Part shown: positions 35,608-46,600 of the stretch, in pieces
How the letters are laid out: each line of letters begins with the position of its first letter
Position numbering within the stretch: position 1 is the first letter of the stretch
Assembly: GCA_958295465.1 (NCBI GenBank)
Contig: OY282353.1
Location: 5,515,664 to 5,579,663, forward strand
DNA length: 64,000 nt
Source of the DNA: an uncultured Gammaproteobacteria bacterium
Lineage (GTDB): Bacteria > Pseudomonadota > Gammaproteobacteria > HK1
Direction: 5' to 3'
Notes under the pieces: model-generated
Databases searched by the model: none
Seen by the model: only the letters and a program-made list of their open reading frames with translations
What the model was told of the DNA's origin: nothing
Translations under genes and position numbers: made by a program

Positions 35608-36147
35608 AACCCTTTCCTCTTTCCGGAGTGACGGCCGCATGGGGTCACTCCAGCAGCACCACCGTAGCGGACTGCCATGATACAGTCAACCCAAACGAGA
35701 AGAATTTTCTCATTTTGCGCATTGCGTCTCATGCCGTAAGATCGATCCGTCACGGACACACCGAGACGGAAAAGGGGACGAGATGTGCCCGGGAACGTTC
35801 ATCCGGCCAGAAGCGAAGACGGCCCGGCCGGAACAGTCTCGCCCCGAAGCCGTGACCCACGCCCGTGCGTGGAGGAGGCGCAGGTCGTGTGCGCGCCGGC
35901 GGCCGGTATCAGCTTTCGGTTGCGGCCGGCCGGTTGTGCCGTGCCACCACATCCGGCGCGGCCCCAGGTGCCGCGGAGGGAGTGTGGCGCACCTGCGGGG
36001 ACAGGCGTGGGCCAATCGGCTACCCGCCGACCTGCCCATACCGGCCGTTCCACCGGCTGGACGCGGGCGTTGCGCACAGGCGGCGGCTCGACACGTCCGC
36101 CGACGTTCACGCCGGGGCAAAACTGAAACCGTGGCGGAGCGGAACAA

Positions 36148-36918
36148 ATGACCATGACCGAAAAGGTAAAACGGACGGCCCCCCGGCGGATCCTCGAAGT
36201 CGTGGAGACCATATGCATGAATCCGCAAACCGCAACGGCTTCGAGCCTGGCGAAATCTCTACATATTCCCTTACCGACCATATACAGGTTTCTCGATACG
36301 TTAGGTGAGATTGGATTTATAGCTACGAGTCCCTCGGGTACTTTCATTCCAGGCGAGAGGTTGCGCTCTGTCGTATTCAACACCCTCCAATACGAACCAG
36401 GTGTCACCCGGAGGCGGGCGATACTGATGCGGCTCTCGGAGCGGCTGGGAGAAACGGTCAGTCTTTCGATCCCGCAAGGGGCGAGACTGGTATATTTCGA
36501 CCGATTGGAATCACATTGGCCATTTCAGATCAATCTGAAAATCGGGGATTCGTTGCCCCTGCATTGCTGTGCGTCGGGCAAGCTGTATTTGAGTACGTTC
36601 GACCTGGCGGATGCGATCGGTGTATTTCGCAACACGCGAACAAACAAGCGGGCTCGCAATACGATCGGCTCCGCCAGGAAGTTCACGATGGAGTTGTCCC
36701 GAATCAGAAAACAGGACTATGCGCTCGACGATGAAGAGTGGTTCGATGACATGGTCGGGGCGTCCGTACCGATACGCAACCGGCAGGGCGCCCTGTGTGC
36801 GTGTCTTTCCACGCACGCCCTGATCACCCGGAAGCCTCTGGTCGAGCTGGAAGAGCAGATCATCGACATGCAGGCGGCGGCCAGGGAGCTGGAAGCCCTG
36901 TTCTTCCCCGAATCGTAG
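36148..36918 (+). CDS. IclR-family transcriptional regulator
   Basis: N-terminal wHTH ([21 protein letters not shown]) and a C-terminal IclR effector domain ([13 protein letters not shown]). Divergent from the ADH-TRAP-mmsA cluster. Confidence 0.85.
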   Translation: MTMTEKVKRTAPRRILEVVETICMNPQTATASSLAKSLHIPLPTIYRFLDTLGEIGFIATSPSGTFIPGERLRSVVFNTLQYEPGVTRRRAILMRLSERLGETVSLSIPQGARLVYFDRLESHWPFQINLKIGDSLPLHCCASGKLYLSTFDLADAIGVFRNTRTNKRARNTIGSARKFTMELSRIRKQDYALDDEEWFDDMVGASVPIRNRQGALCACLSTHALITRKPLVELEEQIIDMQAAARELEALFFPES

Positions 36919-37174
36919 CCCTGTCGCGTCGAAAGCGCCTGGGTTGCTCCGTTTCAGATGCCCCGTCACGCCTTGCGCCGGTTACGGGTATCCTGCACGG
37001 GCCGGGCGCGGCTGCGCTTCCGTACGCCCGACGACGGGAAGGTCCCGGCGGCGTCCGGAGCCATGCCATCCTGGCCGGATGCGCCCGGCCGCTGCCTGTA
37101 CGCCGGGGGGCGTCGGGCGTCAGATACGTCGTCACGCGGTGACTCGACTCGATTCACGGAACCAGGGAGACAAG

Positions 37175-37522
37175 ATGTCCACCATTTTCTCGAAAATCGT
37201 CGCGGGCGAACGGTCCGCCGACGTCGTCTACCAGGACGACCGGGTGACCGCGTTCCGCGACATCCACCCTGCCGCCCCGACGCACATCCTCATCGTGCCG
37301 AACCGGGAGATCCCCACCGTCAACGATCTCGCCGACGGAGACGAGGCGCTGGCGGGCCACATGCTGCTCGTGGCCCGCGATCTGGCGAAGAGCGAGGGGA
37401 TCGCCGAGAGCGGCTACCGGCTCATCATCAACTGCAACCGCGACGGGAACCAGGAGGTGTTCCACCTCCACCTGCATCTCATCGGGGGACGGCCCCTCGG
37501 GGGAATGGTGAAACGCGTGTGA
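37175..37522 (+). CDS. HIT-family (HinT-like) nucleotide phosphoramidase
   Basis: 115 aa. [10 protein letters not shown]-terminus and the histidine triad [11 protein letters not shown]. Confidence 0.9.
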   Translation: MSTIFSKIVAGERSADVVYQDDRVTAFRDIHPAAPTHILIVPNREIPTVNDLADGDEALAGHMLLVARDLAKSEGIAESGYRLIINCNRDGNQEVFHLHLHLIGGRPLGGMVKRV

Positions 37523-37532
37523 GGAAGGAGAG

Positions 37533-37667
37533 ATGACCACTGCAAGACATTCCGTGCTCGTCAACGTCGAGCGGCTCCACCGTCTCATGGACGAGGCGGG
37601 TTGCGCGGCCATCGTCGCGCGTTCCGGGAAGAACTCCACAACCCGCTTGCATTCGCGCCGCTTTTGA
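37533..37667 (+). pseudogene. Possible N-terminal stub of an M24-family (creatinase/prolidase-like) peptidase
   Basis: A 44-codon ORF with a good RBS. VERLHRLMDEAGCAAIVARSGKN resembles the M24 N-domain start. It breaks off where the lower-GC polysaccharide locus begins. Confidence 0.3.
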
Positions 37668-37730
37668 AGTCCAATTCCTGCAAACAAGCAACATAGAAAG
37701 TTGGGCGCTGGAGTTGGCGCAGGACACACG

Positions 37731-38711
37731 ATGAATCGTCGAAACCGAGTGCTGGTGACCGGGGGGGCAGGATTTCTCGGGTCGCAACTGTGCGAACGAC
37801 TGCTTGCGGAGGATTGCGAAGTCCTCTGCGTCGATAATTACTTCACGGGGTCACGAGACAACATCGTCGCCATGTTGTCGAATCCGCGTTTCGAGGCAGT
37901 CAGACACGACATCACGTTTCCGCTCTACATCGAGGTGGACCAGATCTACAATCTGGCCTGCCCGGCTTCGCCGATTCACTATCAATTCGATCCCGTGCAG
38001 ACCACCAAGGTCAGCGTACATGGTGCAATCAATATGCTGGGGCTCGCAAAGCGGATGCGAGCGCCCATTCTCCAGGCATCAACCAGCGAAGTGTACGGCG
38101 ATCCCCAGGTGCATCCGCAAGCGGAGGACTATTGGGGCAGCGTCAATCCAATCGGGCCGCGCGCATGCTACGACGAGGGCAAGCGTTGCGCCGAGACGTT
38201 GTTCTTCGACTACCGGCGCCAGCACGGTATGCCGATCAAGATCGCGCGGATATTCAATACCTACGGACCGCGCATGTCCATTGATGATGGCCGTGTCGTA
38301 TCCTCCTTCGTGGTGCAGGCCCTGCGCGGCGAGCCACTCACGGTTTACGGTGATGGTGATCAAACCCGTTCCTTCTGCTACGTAGACGACATGATTGATG
38401 GATTGGTGAAGTTGATGAACACACCCCACGAAGTCACCGGGCCGATCAATCTTGGTAATCCGAGGGAGATCACCATTCTGGAGCTCGCAAGCGTGATCAT
38501 TCGTCTGACCGGTTCGAAATCGAACATCATCCATAAGAAGTTGCCGAAAGACGATCCGCGGCGTCGGCAACCCGACATTACGAAGGCCGGGCACGTTCTC
38601 GGCTGGGTGCCTTCCACGCCGTTGGAAACGGGAATCGAGAAGACGATCGGCTTTTTCGATCGTCTGCTGAATACGGAGCATATCTCTCCCCTCTTATCTG
38701 GCGCCGGCTGA
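37731..38711 (+). CDS. UDP-glucuronate decarboxylase (UDP-xylose synthase), SDR family
   Basis: [26 protein letters not shown] and YDEGKR motifs are highly characteristic of UXS. Confidence 0.9.
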   Translation: MNRRNRVLVTGGAGFLGSQLCERLLAEDCEVLCVDNYFTGSRDNIVAMLSNPRFEAVRHDITFPLYIEVDQIYNLACPASPIHYQFDPVQTTKVSVHGAINMLGLAKRMRAPILQASTSEVYGDPQVHPQAEDYWGSVNPIGPRACYDEGKRCAETLFFDYRRQHGMPIKIARIFNTYGPRMSIDDGRVVSSFVVQALRGEPLTVYGDGDQTRSFCYVDDMIDGLVKLMNTPHEVTGPINLGNPREITILELASVIIRLTGSKSNIIHKKLPKDDPRRRQPDITKAGHVLGWVPSTPLETGIEKTIGFFDRLLNTEHISPLLSGAG

Positions 38712-38919
38712 GATACGGGCCTCGGCGCCATGATTTCCGTTGCAACTTCCATCGAGGAGCTCCGTATCGGAGCGTAGACGCCACGATATTCGATTTTCTG
38801 ATTACGTACGAAGCTCAGCTTCTGACGGCAGGGACGCGCAAATCCGGGTTCAGTCGGGGCACACCGATCTTTCCGTCGATCACTACTTGCCTCATCCTGT
38901 CAGCACACACGGAACGGGG

Positions 38920-39801
38920 TTACAGGGTCCGATTCCGGTTCGCACGGAGATAGCGCTCCAACGCATCCTGCCACGGCGGCATGGCCCCGAACGCGACCGA
39001 GACCTTGGCGTTGTCGAGCGTGCTGTAGCGCGGGCGCGCGGCACGGGTGGGATACTCCCCGCTCGAGCAGGGGGTGACGGCGGCTTCGACCCCGGCGAGG
39101 CGGATGATCTCGCGCGCGAACTCGAACCAGGTCGCCGAGCCGTCGTTGACCACGTGATAGAGTCCCGGCTCGCAACCATTCGCCAGCATCCGCAGGAGGA
39201 TGCGCGCGACGTCGGCGGTGGCGGTCGGGGACATGGTCTGGTCGTGGACGACCCGGAGCGCTCCCTTCTCCCGCCCGATGCGGATCATGGTCTCCACGAA
39301 GTTGCCGCCCTTGCCGCTGGCCCCGGCCGTCCCGAACAGCGAGGCCACGCGGAGGATGACGGCATCCTCGCAAGCGAGCCGCGCGAGCGTTTCGCCCATC
39401 GCCTTCGAGGCGCCGTAGACGTTGACCGGCGCGATCGGATCGTCCTCGCGGAATGGCCAAGTACGGGCGGCATCGCCGCCGAACACGTAATCGGTGCTGA
39501 TGTGGAAGAGCCGCACCCCCTTGGCGGCACACGCCCGCGCCATGGCCTGCACCGCGTGCGCGTTGACGGCGAAGGCGAGAGTCGCATTGCCCTCCACCTC
39601 GTCCGTCTTGTGGTAGCCGGTGCAGTTGACGAGGACGTCGAAATCCAGACCGCCAAGGATTCGCTCGATCTTCTCCGGCGCCGACACGTCCAGCCTGCCG
39701 CGGGCCAGCGGCAGCAGATCGAATGGCTCCCCGGCTTCCTCGTACGCGCACCGGACGTCGTGCCCGAGTTGCCCCCTCGGGCCCAACAGCAACACCTTCA
39801 T
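38920..39801 (-). CDS. rfbD: dTDP-4-dehydrorhamnose reductase
   Basis: 293 aa from MKVLLLGPRGQLG. Carries STDYVFGG and YGASK motifs. The ATG overlaps the upstream stop (ATGA). Confidence 0.85.
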   Translation of the reverse strand: MKVLLLGPRGQLGHDVRCAYEEAGEPFDLLPLARGRLDVSAPEKIERILGGLDFDVLVNCTGYHKTDEVEGNATLAFAVNAHAVQAMARACAAKGVRLFHISTDYVFGGDAARTWPFREDDPIAPVNVYGASKAMGETLARLACEDAVILRVASLFGTAGASGKGGNFVETMIRIGREKGALRVVHDQTMSPTATADVARILLRMLANGCEPGLYHVVNDGSATWFEFAREIIRLAGVEAAVTPCSSGEYPTRAARPRYSTLDNAKVSVAFGAMPPWQDALERYLRANRNRTL

Positions 39802-40820
39802 ATCTCGACGATCCCGCCGTACATCTCGACCTCGCGGATGATGCGATGCCAGCGGGCGAGCTCCCGGTACCAATCGAGGGTGATGGTCCGGATGGTCTTG
39901 TCGAGGGTTCCGGCTTCGAGTGCCTTGCAGACCTCGGCCACGCCGTCCGCGGCGGTCTTCTCGGTGCGGTAGCCGAGCGCCTCGATCTTGTCGAACGCCA
40001 CCCGGTAGCTCCGGACATCCGGGTCGCCATACCACTCGATCTCGACGTCTCTCGGAACGTATCCGGCCACCAGCTCTCCGAGAGGGCCGATCTGGTAGAC
40101 GTTTCCGGCGGAACCTACGTTGAAGATCTCCCCGTTCACCTTGGCCGGATCGGCTTCGAGCATGAACATCTGCGCCCGAGCCGTATCACGAACGTGCACC
40201 ATGGGCCGCCACTGCGTTCCGTCGCGCATCAAGGGGAGCTTGCCGGTCTTCCAGGCGCCGAAGGTCATGCCGTTGATGGCGAGGTCGAAGCGCATGCGCG
40301 GGGAAAGTCCGTAGACGGTGGCCTGGCGCAGCACCACGACACAGAACTTCTCGTCCGCGAGAGGCAGCACGCCCCGTTCCGCCATCTCGTTGGCGCGCGC
40401 GTAGGTGGTCAGCGGGTTGGTCGGGCTGGACTCGTCCGCGATGACGCCTCCCTCCTGGAAACCGTAGATACTGCATGAGGAGGGCAGCATGTAGCGCCGC
40501 ACGCCGGCTTCTCTGGCGAGATGGGCGGCGCGCACCCGCGAGTCGCGGTTGATCTGATACGTCGCCTCCTGGAACAGCTCGCCCGAGGGGTCGTTGGAAA
40601 TGGCTGCGAGGTCGATCACCGCGTCCACACCCTGAAAGTGTGCGGGCGTGAGCTTGCGGCTGTCTTCGACCACGACCTCGAGACGATCGTGCTCCGGCAG
40701 GAGGTGGCGGCCGAAGTAGAACCGGTCCACCGCCCTGACCGCGTAGCCCGCATCAAGCAGCAAGGGCACCAGCGCGGTGCCGATGTACCCGCCCGCGCCC
40801 GTCACCAGAACTTGTGTCAT
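39798..40820 (-). CDS. NAD-dependent sugar epimerase/dehydratase (SDR)
   Basis: VLVTGAGGYIG Rossmann motif, PSSCSIYG and YARANE (YxxxK-like region). Substrate not assignable. Confidence 0.75.
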   Translation of the reverse strand: MTQVLVTGAGGYIGTALVPLLLDAGYAVRAVDRFYFGRHLLPEHDRLEVVVEDSRKLTPAHFQGVDAVIDLAAISNDPSGELFQEATYQINRDSRVRAAHLAREAGVRRYMLPSSCSIYGFQEGGVIADESSPTNPLTTYARANEMAERGVLPLADEKFCVVVLRQATVYGLSPRMRFDLAINGMTFGAWKTGKLPLMRDGTQWRPMVHVRDTARAQMFMLEADPAKVNGEIFNVGSAGNVYQIGPLGELVAGYVPRDVEIEWYGDPDVRSYRVAFDKIEALGYRTEKTAADGVAEVCKALEAGTLDKTIRTITLDWYRELARWHRIIREVEMYGGIVEI

Positions 40821-40970
40821 ATGTATCTGCCCCACCTGACCCCGGCTCCGCAGACGATCCGAGGACTTGGCTGAAGTGTCATCCGGACTGCGAGGTATCG
40901 TTTCAGGAGCAGGGTGATACCGGCACCGAAACCGTTCATCAAGGGAATTTTTGTGCGAAGTGGTCCCCGG

Positions 40971-41525
40971 TCACCCGAATGGCGTCACAAGCTCCGCGAG
41001 GCGCGGCTGCCCGCGATCCTTGTCCGAAAGGACTGCTTCCGGTTCTGGAAGCGGCCACGCGATGCCGAGCACCGGATCGTTCCACAGAAGCCCCTTGTCG
41101 TGGTCCGGGGCGTAGTAATTGCCGACCTTGTAGATGACCTCGGTATCGGGCTCCAGCGTCATGAAGCCGTGGGCGAATCCGATCGGTACCAGAATCTGGT
41201 TCCACGCCTCGGCCGACAGGACGACGCTCGCATGCTGCCCGTAGGTGGGCGAGCCCCGGCGCAGGTCCACCGCGACGTCGAACACCGCCCCCCGCACCAC
41301 CCGCACCAGCTTGTCCTGGGCGAAGGGCGGCGTCTGGAAGTGCAGCCCGCGCACCGTCCCCTTCTCGGCCGATAGCGAGTGATTGTCCTGCACGAAGTCG
41401 ATGTCGATGCCGGCTTGGGCGAGCGAGTGTTTGTTGTACACCTCCGAGAAGAATCCGCGACGGTCGCCGTGCTTGCCTGGCGTCAGCATCTTCACGGCCG
41501 GAATGTTCGAATCTTCGACCCGCAT
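40971..41525 (-). CDS. rfbC: dTDP-4-dehydrorhamnose 3,5-epimerase
   Basis: GDRRGFFSE, RGLHFQ, KLVRVVRGAVFDVAVDLR and GFAHGF motifs. Confidence 0.9.
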   Translation of the reverse strand: MRVEDSNIPAVKMLTPGKHGDRRGFFSEVYNKHSLAQAGIDIDFVQDNHSLSAEKGTVRGLHFQTPPFAQDKLVRVVRGAVFDVAVDLRRGSPTYGQHASVVLSAEAWNQILVPIGFAHGFMTLEPDTEVIYKVGNYYAPDHDKGLLWNDPVLGIAWPLPEPEAVLSDKDRGQPRLAELVTPFG

Positions 41526-41736
41526 CGTCTGCCTCACCGGATTGATTGAGCTGCCCCGGGAATCCCGGAGACTACGATCACCGAGTCCTCTGAATATATT
41601 CCCATCACCGGAGCCGCGTAGCATCCGAACAGAATCGGGTCGAATCTTCCGACATCGCCATGGCATCGGCGGCGCGGGTGGCCGGCGCCGGCTCCTGTAC
41701 CGAATCCGATGGAACCGAAGGATCCACGGGAAGCGT

Positions 41737-42489
41737 TCATGAAAGCTCCTTGCGAGCGATGGCAACAGCATGGAGCGACTCACCCCGATCAATACATTGA
41801 TCATCGAGAAGCAGGCACAGTTCGAGTAACGGGGCATCCTCCGGAGTCATGTTCGCCAACACGTCGTTGAGTGCAAAGGCGTAAATGACGCCTCCAGTGA
41901 GAACGACGTCAGCATCCGGGAAAAAGGTTCGAACCGCATCGAGAATCCGTTCGCTGTCGGCAGCATCGGTCGGGTCGTCCGCGATCAATAACGCCACGTC
42001 CGGGCGGCCTCGCTTGACGGAGAGCCGTTTCGTCGAATCCCGCGGGTCGACGAGGAGGCGGTCCGGGAAGATGTTGCGTAATCTTTCAGACATTGAAAGA
42101 GTGAAGTCTGTCCACTGCCGCCGGGAAGGACCAATGAAATCGTCCATTACGAAGAAACCCCCGGGGCGAAGGATGGACTTGCTCCAGCCGACGGCCTGAT
42201 GCACATCGAGCATATGATGAAGAGCGTCGCCCCAGAATACCAAGTCATAGTGACCGGGTCTCGCCAGCTCGTCCGCTTCTCCGCTGGTGAATCGGATCCT
42301 TTCATCAAGACCTCGCCTTTTTGCAAGCTCACGTCCCTCACGTATGCGAATCTCGCTCAGTTCGAATACGTCGAATTCCTGAACCAGATCGGATTCTAGC
42401 ATGTCCATTTCGGCCGAGCCAGTCCCGCAACCGACGGATATTCCCTTGTCAAGCATGTCTCTCCCAAGACGTACTTGAAGCCGTTGCAT
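41737..42489 (-). CDS. Class I SAM-dependent methyltransferase
   Basis: Motif I ISVGCGTGS and post-I acidic residue. DLVFWGDALHH and RPGGFFVMDD motifs. Confidence 0.75.
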   Translation of the reverse strand: MQRLQVRLGRDMLDKGISVGCGTGSAEMDMLESDLVQEFDVFELSEIRIREGRELAKRRGLDERIRFTSGEADELARPGHYDLVFWGDALHHMLDVHQAVGWSKSILRPGGFFVMDDFIGPSRRQWTDFTLSMSERLRNIFPDRLLVDPRDSTKRLSVKRGRPDVALLIADDPTDAADSERILDAVRTFFPDADVVLTGGVIYAFALNDVLANMTPEDAPLLELCLLLDDQCIDRGESLHAVAIARKELS

Positions 42490-42601
42490 GACTCCTCCCC
42501 TGCGTCCAGGTACGGGTTCCCCACAAATATTCTTGTTGATGTGACTGATAATTTCTGGATGCTGCCAGAATCGAGTCTTATCCGGCCGAGGTTTTGAACT
42601 C

Positions 42602-43408
42602 TCATCGTCCCATTAGCTTTCTTGTCCTTTTGAGCCGATCCGGCGTGTTTTCCGCTCCCTTGCCAGGCCTGCTGCGTCCGTCCCGCGCTTCCAGCTTGCG
42701 GGCGGCGTGCCCTTCGCGCAAAAAAATCATACCTTCGTTGACGAACCAGGGTTTCTCCTGGTTGAACGATCCGTAGATTCTGGTGAACCGGGGAATAAAT
42801 CCGTTCTTGAAGAACAGAGATAAAATATCCTTTCGCACTATTCCCCACTGCCAATAATTGTGGACGTCCCTCATCACCTTACCTTGGGTGTGGGAATATT
42901 CGTCGTGCTCCGAAAACCAGCGCTCAATAGCAACCTCACGTGTGCAATGGACATTCGCCTTGTACCATTCGATGCCCTTGTCTACGAATCGGGTGGTGTT
43001 TTCGCTCCCGGTCCAATTCTGAGTGTAAATTATGCACATCCTGGTGTATGGCAGATAATCCCGGATGAACTGATCCCAATCAGGATCGACTTGGTGCAAC
43101 AGGATATCGTACATGATCAAACAATCGACTTCGCCTACCGCATCGCGAACTTCCTTCGCGCCGAGGGCTCCTTCGATCAAGGACACCTTCGGATAATCCC
43201 GGGACCTCTCTCTGGTCAAGGGAGTGATTTCTCCATCGACAATGAAGCCCCTCTCCAGACTGTCGCTGCAAACTTCCGCTGCGTGGAAAGCATAAGCGCC
43301 GTTTACTCCCCAGCAGGCTCCAAGATCGGCGAAAGATCGAAAGGGCATGATTCCATATGCCCGGTCGATCAGCTTCAACTTGTGAGGTGCGGGTTGCACG
43401 TCGAGCAT
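42602..43408 (-). CDS. Putative methyltransferase-like protein (weak)
   Basis: FADLGACWGVNG is motif-I-like and DCLIMYDILLH follows. It lies in the polysaccharide operon. Assignment is tentative. Confidence 0.45.
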   Translation of the reverse strand: MLDVQPAPHKLKLIDRAYGIMPFRSFADLGACWGVNGAYAFHAAEVCSDSLERGFIVDGEITPLTRERSRDYPKVSLIEGALGAKEVRDAVGEVDCLIMYDILLHQVDPDWDQFIRDYLPYTRMCIIYTQNWTGSENTTRFVDKGIEWYKANVHCTREVAIERWFSEHDEYSHTQGKVMRDVHNYWQWGIVRKDILSLFFKNGFIPRFTRIYGSFNQEKPWFVNEGMIFLREGHAARKLEARDGRSRPGKGAENTPDRLKRTRKLMGR

Positions 43409-43476
43409 TGTTCCATTCTCGGTTTACGGGACTCGAGCCTAGCCGAACCGGGCGTTCCGGTGGGACTTGTTGGTAC

Positions 43477-43656
43477 GGGCTTGGAGCTCGTCCGACAGAC
43501 GCTTCGGAGAGGATGGGGTCATCTCGGCAATTCCGGGCCTGGAATCTCGCGTATCCGCCGCCAATCGTGGCCCAGAACGCGGCTGAGTGCCCGCGGTGCG
43601 GCGGCAGCGTCGCGTTCCTCCCTCTCCGAAGCGTCTGTCGGACGAGCTCCAAGCCC
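43477..43656. repeat. Perfect 36-bp inverted repeat flanking a 108-bp spacer, bracketing the stop codon of the 2393-aa gene
   Basis: 43477-43512 GGGCTTGGAGCTCGTCCGACAGACGCTTCGGAGAGG is the exact reverse complement of 43621-43656. Confidence 0.95.
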
Positions 43657-46600
43657 GCCGTAAAGCGGCGAATTCCCGGAAGAGGGTCCGGCGCCGGGAT
43701 AGACCCCCAAGCCGGCGGGCGCCAAGCCGGCGGCGAGCGATGACCAGACCTGCCGTCCCTCGGCGCTACCCGGAGCCGAGGCGGCGAAGCAATCGGTGTC
43801 AACGACGGCAAGGTCCACCTTCCCTTTCATGCTCGCAATCGCTTCGGCCGCCGAGTCCGGGTCCCGACCATGATATACCACATGAAACATACGTGCTCCG
43901 AGCGCCTTCCCGAGAGCCGGATCCATGGTGAGAAGCACCGCATGACCGCCTCGGTGTGTCCGCCAATCATGGGCGAGTCTCTGGAATACGCTCCGTCCGA
44001 ACGGTGTGGAGCCGCATCGAGCACAGGTCCCTGCATCCTCCAGAATACTCGCCGATTCCGCGTTGCAGACATTGCAACAGGCCCGGCGGCCGTTCCGGCG
44101 TGTATCAAGAAGACCCCGGGCGGTTTCCAGGGTCAGCGGATGCGCTACCACGGTATGCTCATCCAGGACGGCGGACAGGGTAGGAAGGGTCTTCACCGTC
44201 AAGGAAGCTACCTCACCGATCGCGCCCAGCTCCTCGCCTTGGCTCTCCAGGAAATAGCTGAACTCCACGTCCATGTTGTTCTGGGGAGTTTGTTCGGAGA
44301 AGCCGCCATGACGACCGATCACCGAGCGGCGGATGATGTAAACCCCGCCCTGGACGTGAGTAAAGACCCAATCGGGATTGCGTTTGGCGAATTCCTGGTT
44401 CCTGAATCTGGCGAAGTCGGGATGGCCGACGATCTCGCGCCCCAGGGTAAACCTCGGCAGATGGGTGCGGTATCCGGCCATCGCATGCCCCGGATTTCGC
44501 CGCATGTGATCGATGAGATACCGTTCCCAACCATGCTTCCCGACAAACGCTTCCTTGCTGCAAAGGTAGATGGAGAAACTCGCATCGCCGAGCGCCATCG
44601 CCATGTTGGAGGCCGGCCCGCACAGCAGGTTGTCCTTCAGGAAGACCAGGCGGACGTTCGACCTGCCGGTGCAGAGCTCGATCAGCTCCCGACGAAAATC
44701 CGGATCGCTGTTGTTGTCGATGATCGTCAACGTGAAGGGCGTGGTGGTGTGCCGCAGGACGCGCCGGATGATCTCGAACGTTTCCGCGCGGTTCTCGTAT
44801 TCCGCCGTGTTGTAGGTGACCATGAAGACGTCCACGGGACGGCTTTGCCAGACGTCCACGTAGTTTCGGAGGGTACGCTCGGTGCCGGCGTGTCTGCGCA
44901 GGAAGTTGCGGGCCTCCGACAACATGGCCTCCCGCCGTTCGGGAGTCATGGCGAGAAGCCGGCGAACGCCGTCCACCAGGCTGTGCGGGTCTCCAGGGGT
45001 CACCAGGATGGCCTCGGCCATGTCCCGCAGATAGTCCGGCACCGCCGAAACGGCGCTTGCGATGACCGGGCGGCCCGCCGCCATGGCCTCGAGAATCACC
45101 GTGGGGAAGCCTTCCCTGTCGCCGTCGGCGGCGACGATGCTCGGAACCACCAGGAAATCGGCTTCCCCGATTGCCGCCGCTACGGCCTGGACGCCGTCGA
45201 GCGGCCCCTTGATGTTGACGTTCTCGATGCCGAGCTCCGCGAGCTTCTTGCGACAGGAGGTTTCCAACGGTCCGTAACCGTAGACGTCGAAAGCAACGGA
45301 GGTTCCCTGCAACCGAGCGGCGGCGTCGATCAGGACCTCGATTCCCTTCTTCTCGATGAAACGGCCGATGAGGATTCCCCTCCTGACTTCGGACGGCGGC
45401 GAAGGGAAGTCCGCCAGAGGCGGGATCTTCTCGAACTCGGAAAGATCGACGGCCTGCATGTTGAAGGCGATCTTCTCGGCCGGCACGCCCTGCTCTTCGA
45501 GAAAGCGGCGATGATGATCGCCGTAGACGAATACCTTGAGGCACCGAGGGTCCCGGACGACTTCCGCGATCCGATTTCGGTTCCTGTTGTGATCGTGGAA
45601 AATGTCCACTGCATGAGCAAACAGGGTGAAAGGTATGCCGGTCGCCTTGCTGGCCGGCCAGGTCAGGGCATGCGCGGCAGGCGCCGCAAAGTGCGTATGG
45701 CACAGCGTGCGTCCATCCCGGATCAGGAGCTTGGCCAGATGCGTTGCGTCGCGCACCCGGTGGGCATCGATCTCGAAGTCCGGCTCGGCGGCGCGATCCG
45801 GTTCGATTCTGAAATAAACGGCCACGTCTTGTCCGTTGCGAACGAGCCAGCGAAGCTCCTCCAGTACGAAGGTTTGTGAAAGCGCCGGCCAATCCCAGAG
45901 GACATAAGCCAGCTTGATCGGAACGATACCATGTCGGATCCGCTCTGCCGCATGTTTCCTCAAAACGCGTTTCATATTGGCGCCGAGATCCACCGTGTGG
46001 GTGATGTTACCGAGTTCCGCCTTGCCAAGATAATAGTCCGCTCCGACATAAGGAACGAAAACAGGACTGTATCGCCTTGTAACGGATATGATGAAATCCC
46101 AATCGACCAGACGGGTCAGATCCACATCGAATCCGCCATTTTGCAGATAGACGTATCTCCGGTGCATGAAGGTGTTCAGATCGATGAAATTCTTAATCAG
46201 GAGTTCCGCCCGATCATAAGGTACGGAATGGATGTAATCGGCGCCGGAATCCAGGTTATGGAGATGAAAGGCCGCATAGGCCGTAGCAACTTCCCTTGCG
46301 CTGGAAAACAAGGCCGCCATTACCAGCAGATAATCCCTGCGCCAGGTATTGTCGCTGTCCAGGTATGCAATGAGATCACCCGTCGCGCTCTTCAAGCCGG
46401 CGTTTCTCGTATCGCATACCCCGGTGTGAGACTTCTCGATCAGCCTGACAATTCCCGAATTTATTTCGGCTGCGAATCGATCGCGTACGACATCTCGGCT
46501 TGAATCGTTGCTCCCGTCGTCTACGACGATGATCTCATGAGGCATGTACGACTGCGCGAGAACCGATTGTATGGCCCTGCATATGAACTTCTCCCTGTTC

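Noticed and set aside
35608-36147. Several 110-200-aa ORFs in the ADH/IclR divergent intergenic region.
   Set aside because: They overlap one another on both strands, are Arg/Pro/Gly-rich, and have no start context or motifs. I treat the region as a long divergent promoter region.
43870-45892. 669-aa (+) and 559-aa (-) ORFs inside the giant gene.
   Set aside because: These are alternate frames of the 2393-aa CDS and have no recognisable motifs. The main frame carries continuous GT2/GT4 motifs.
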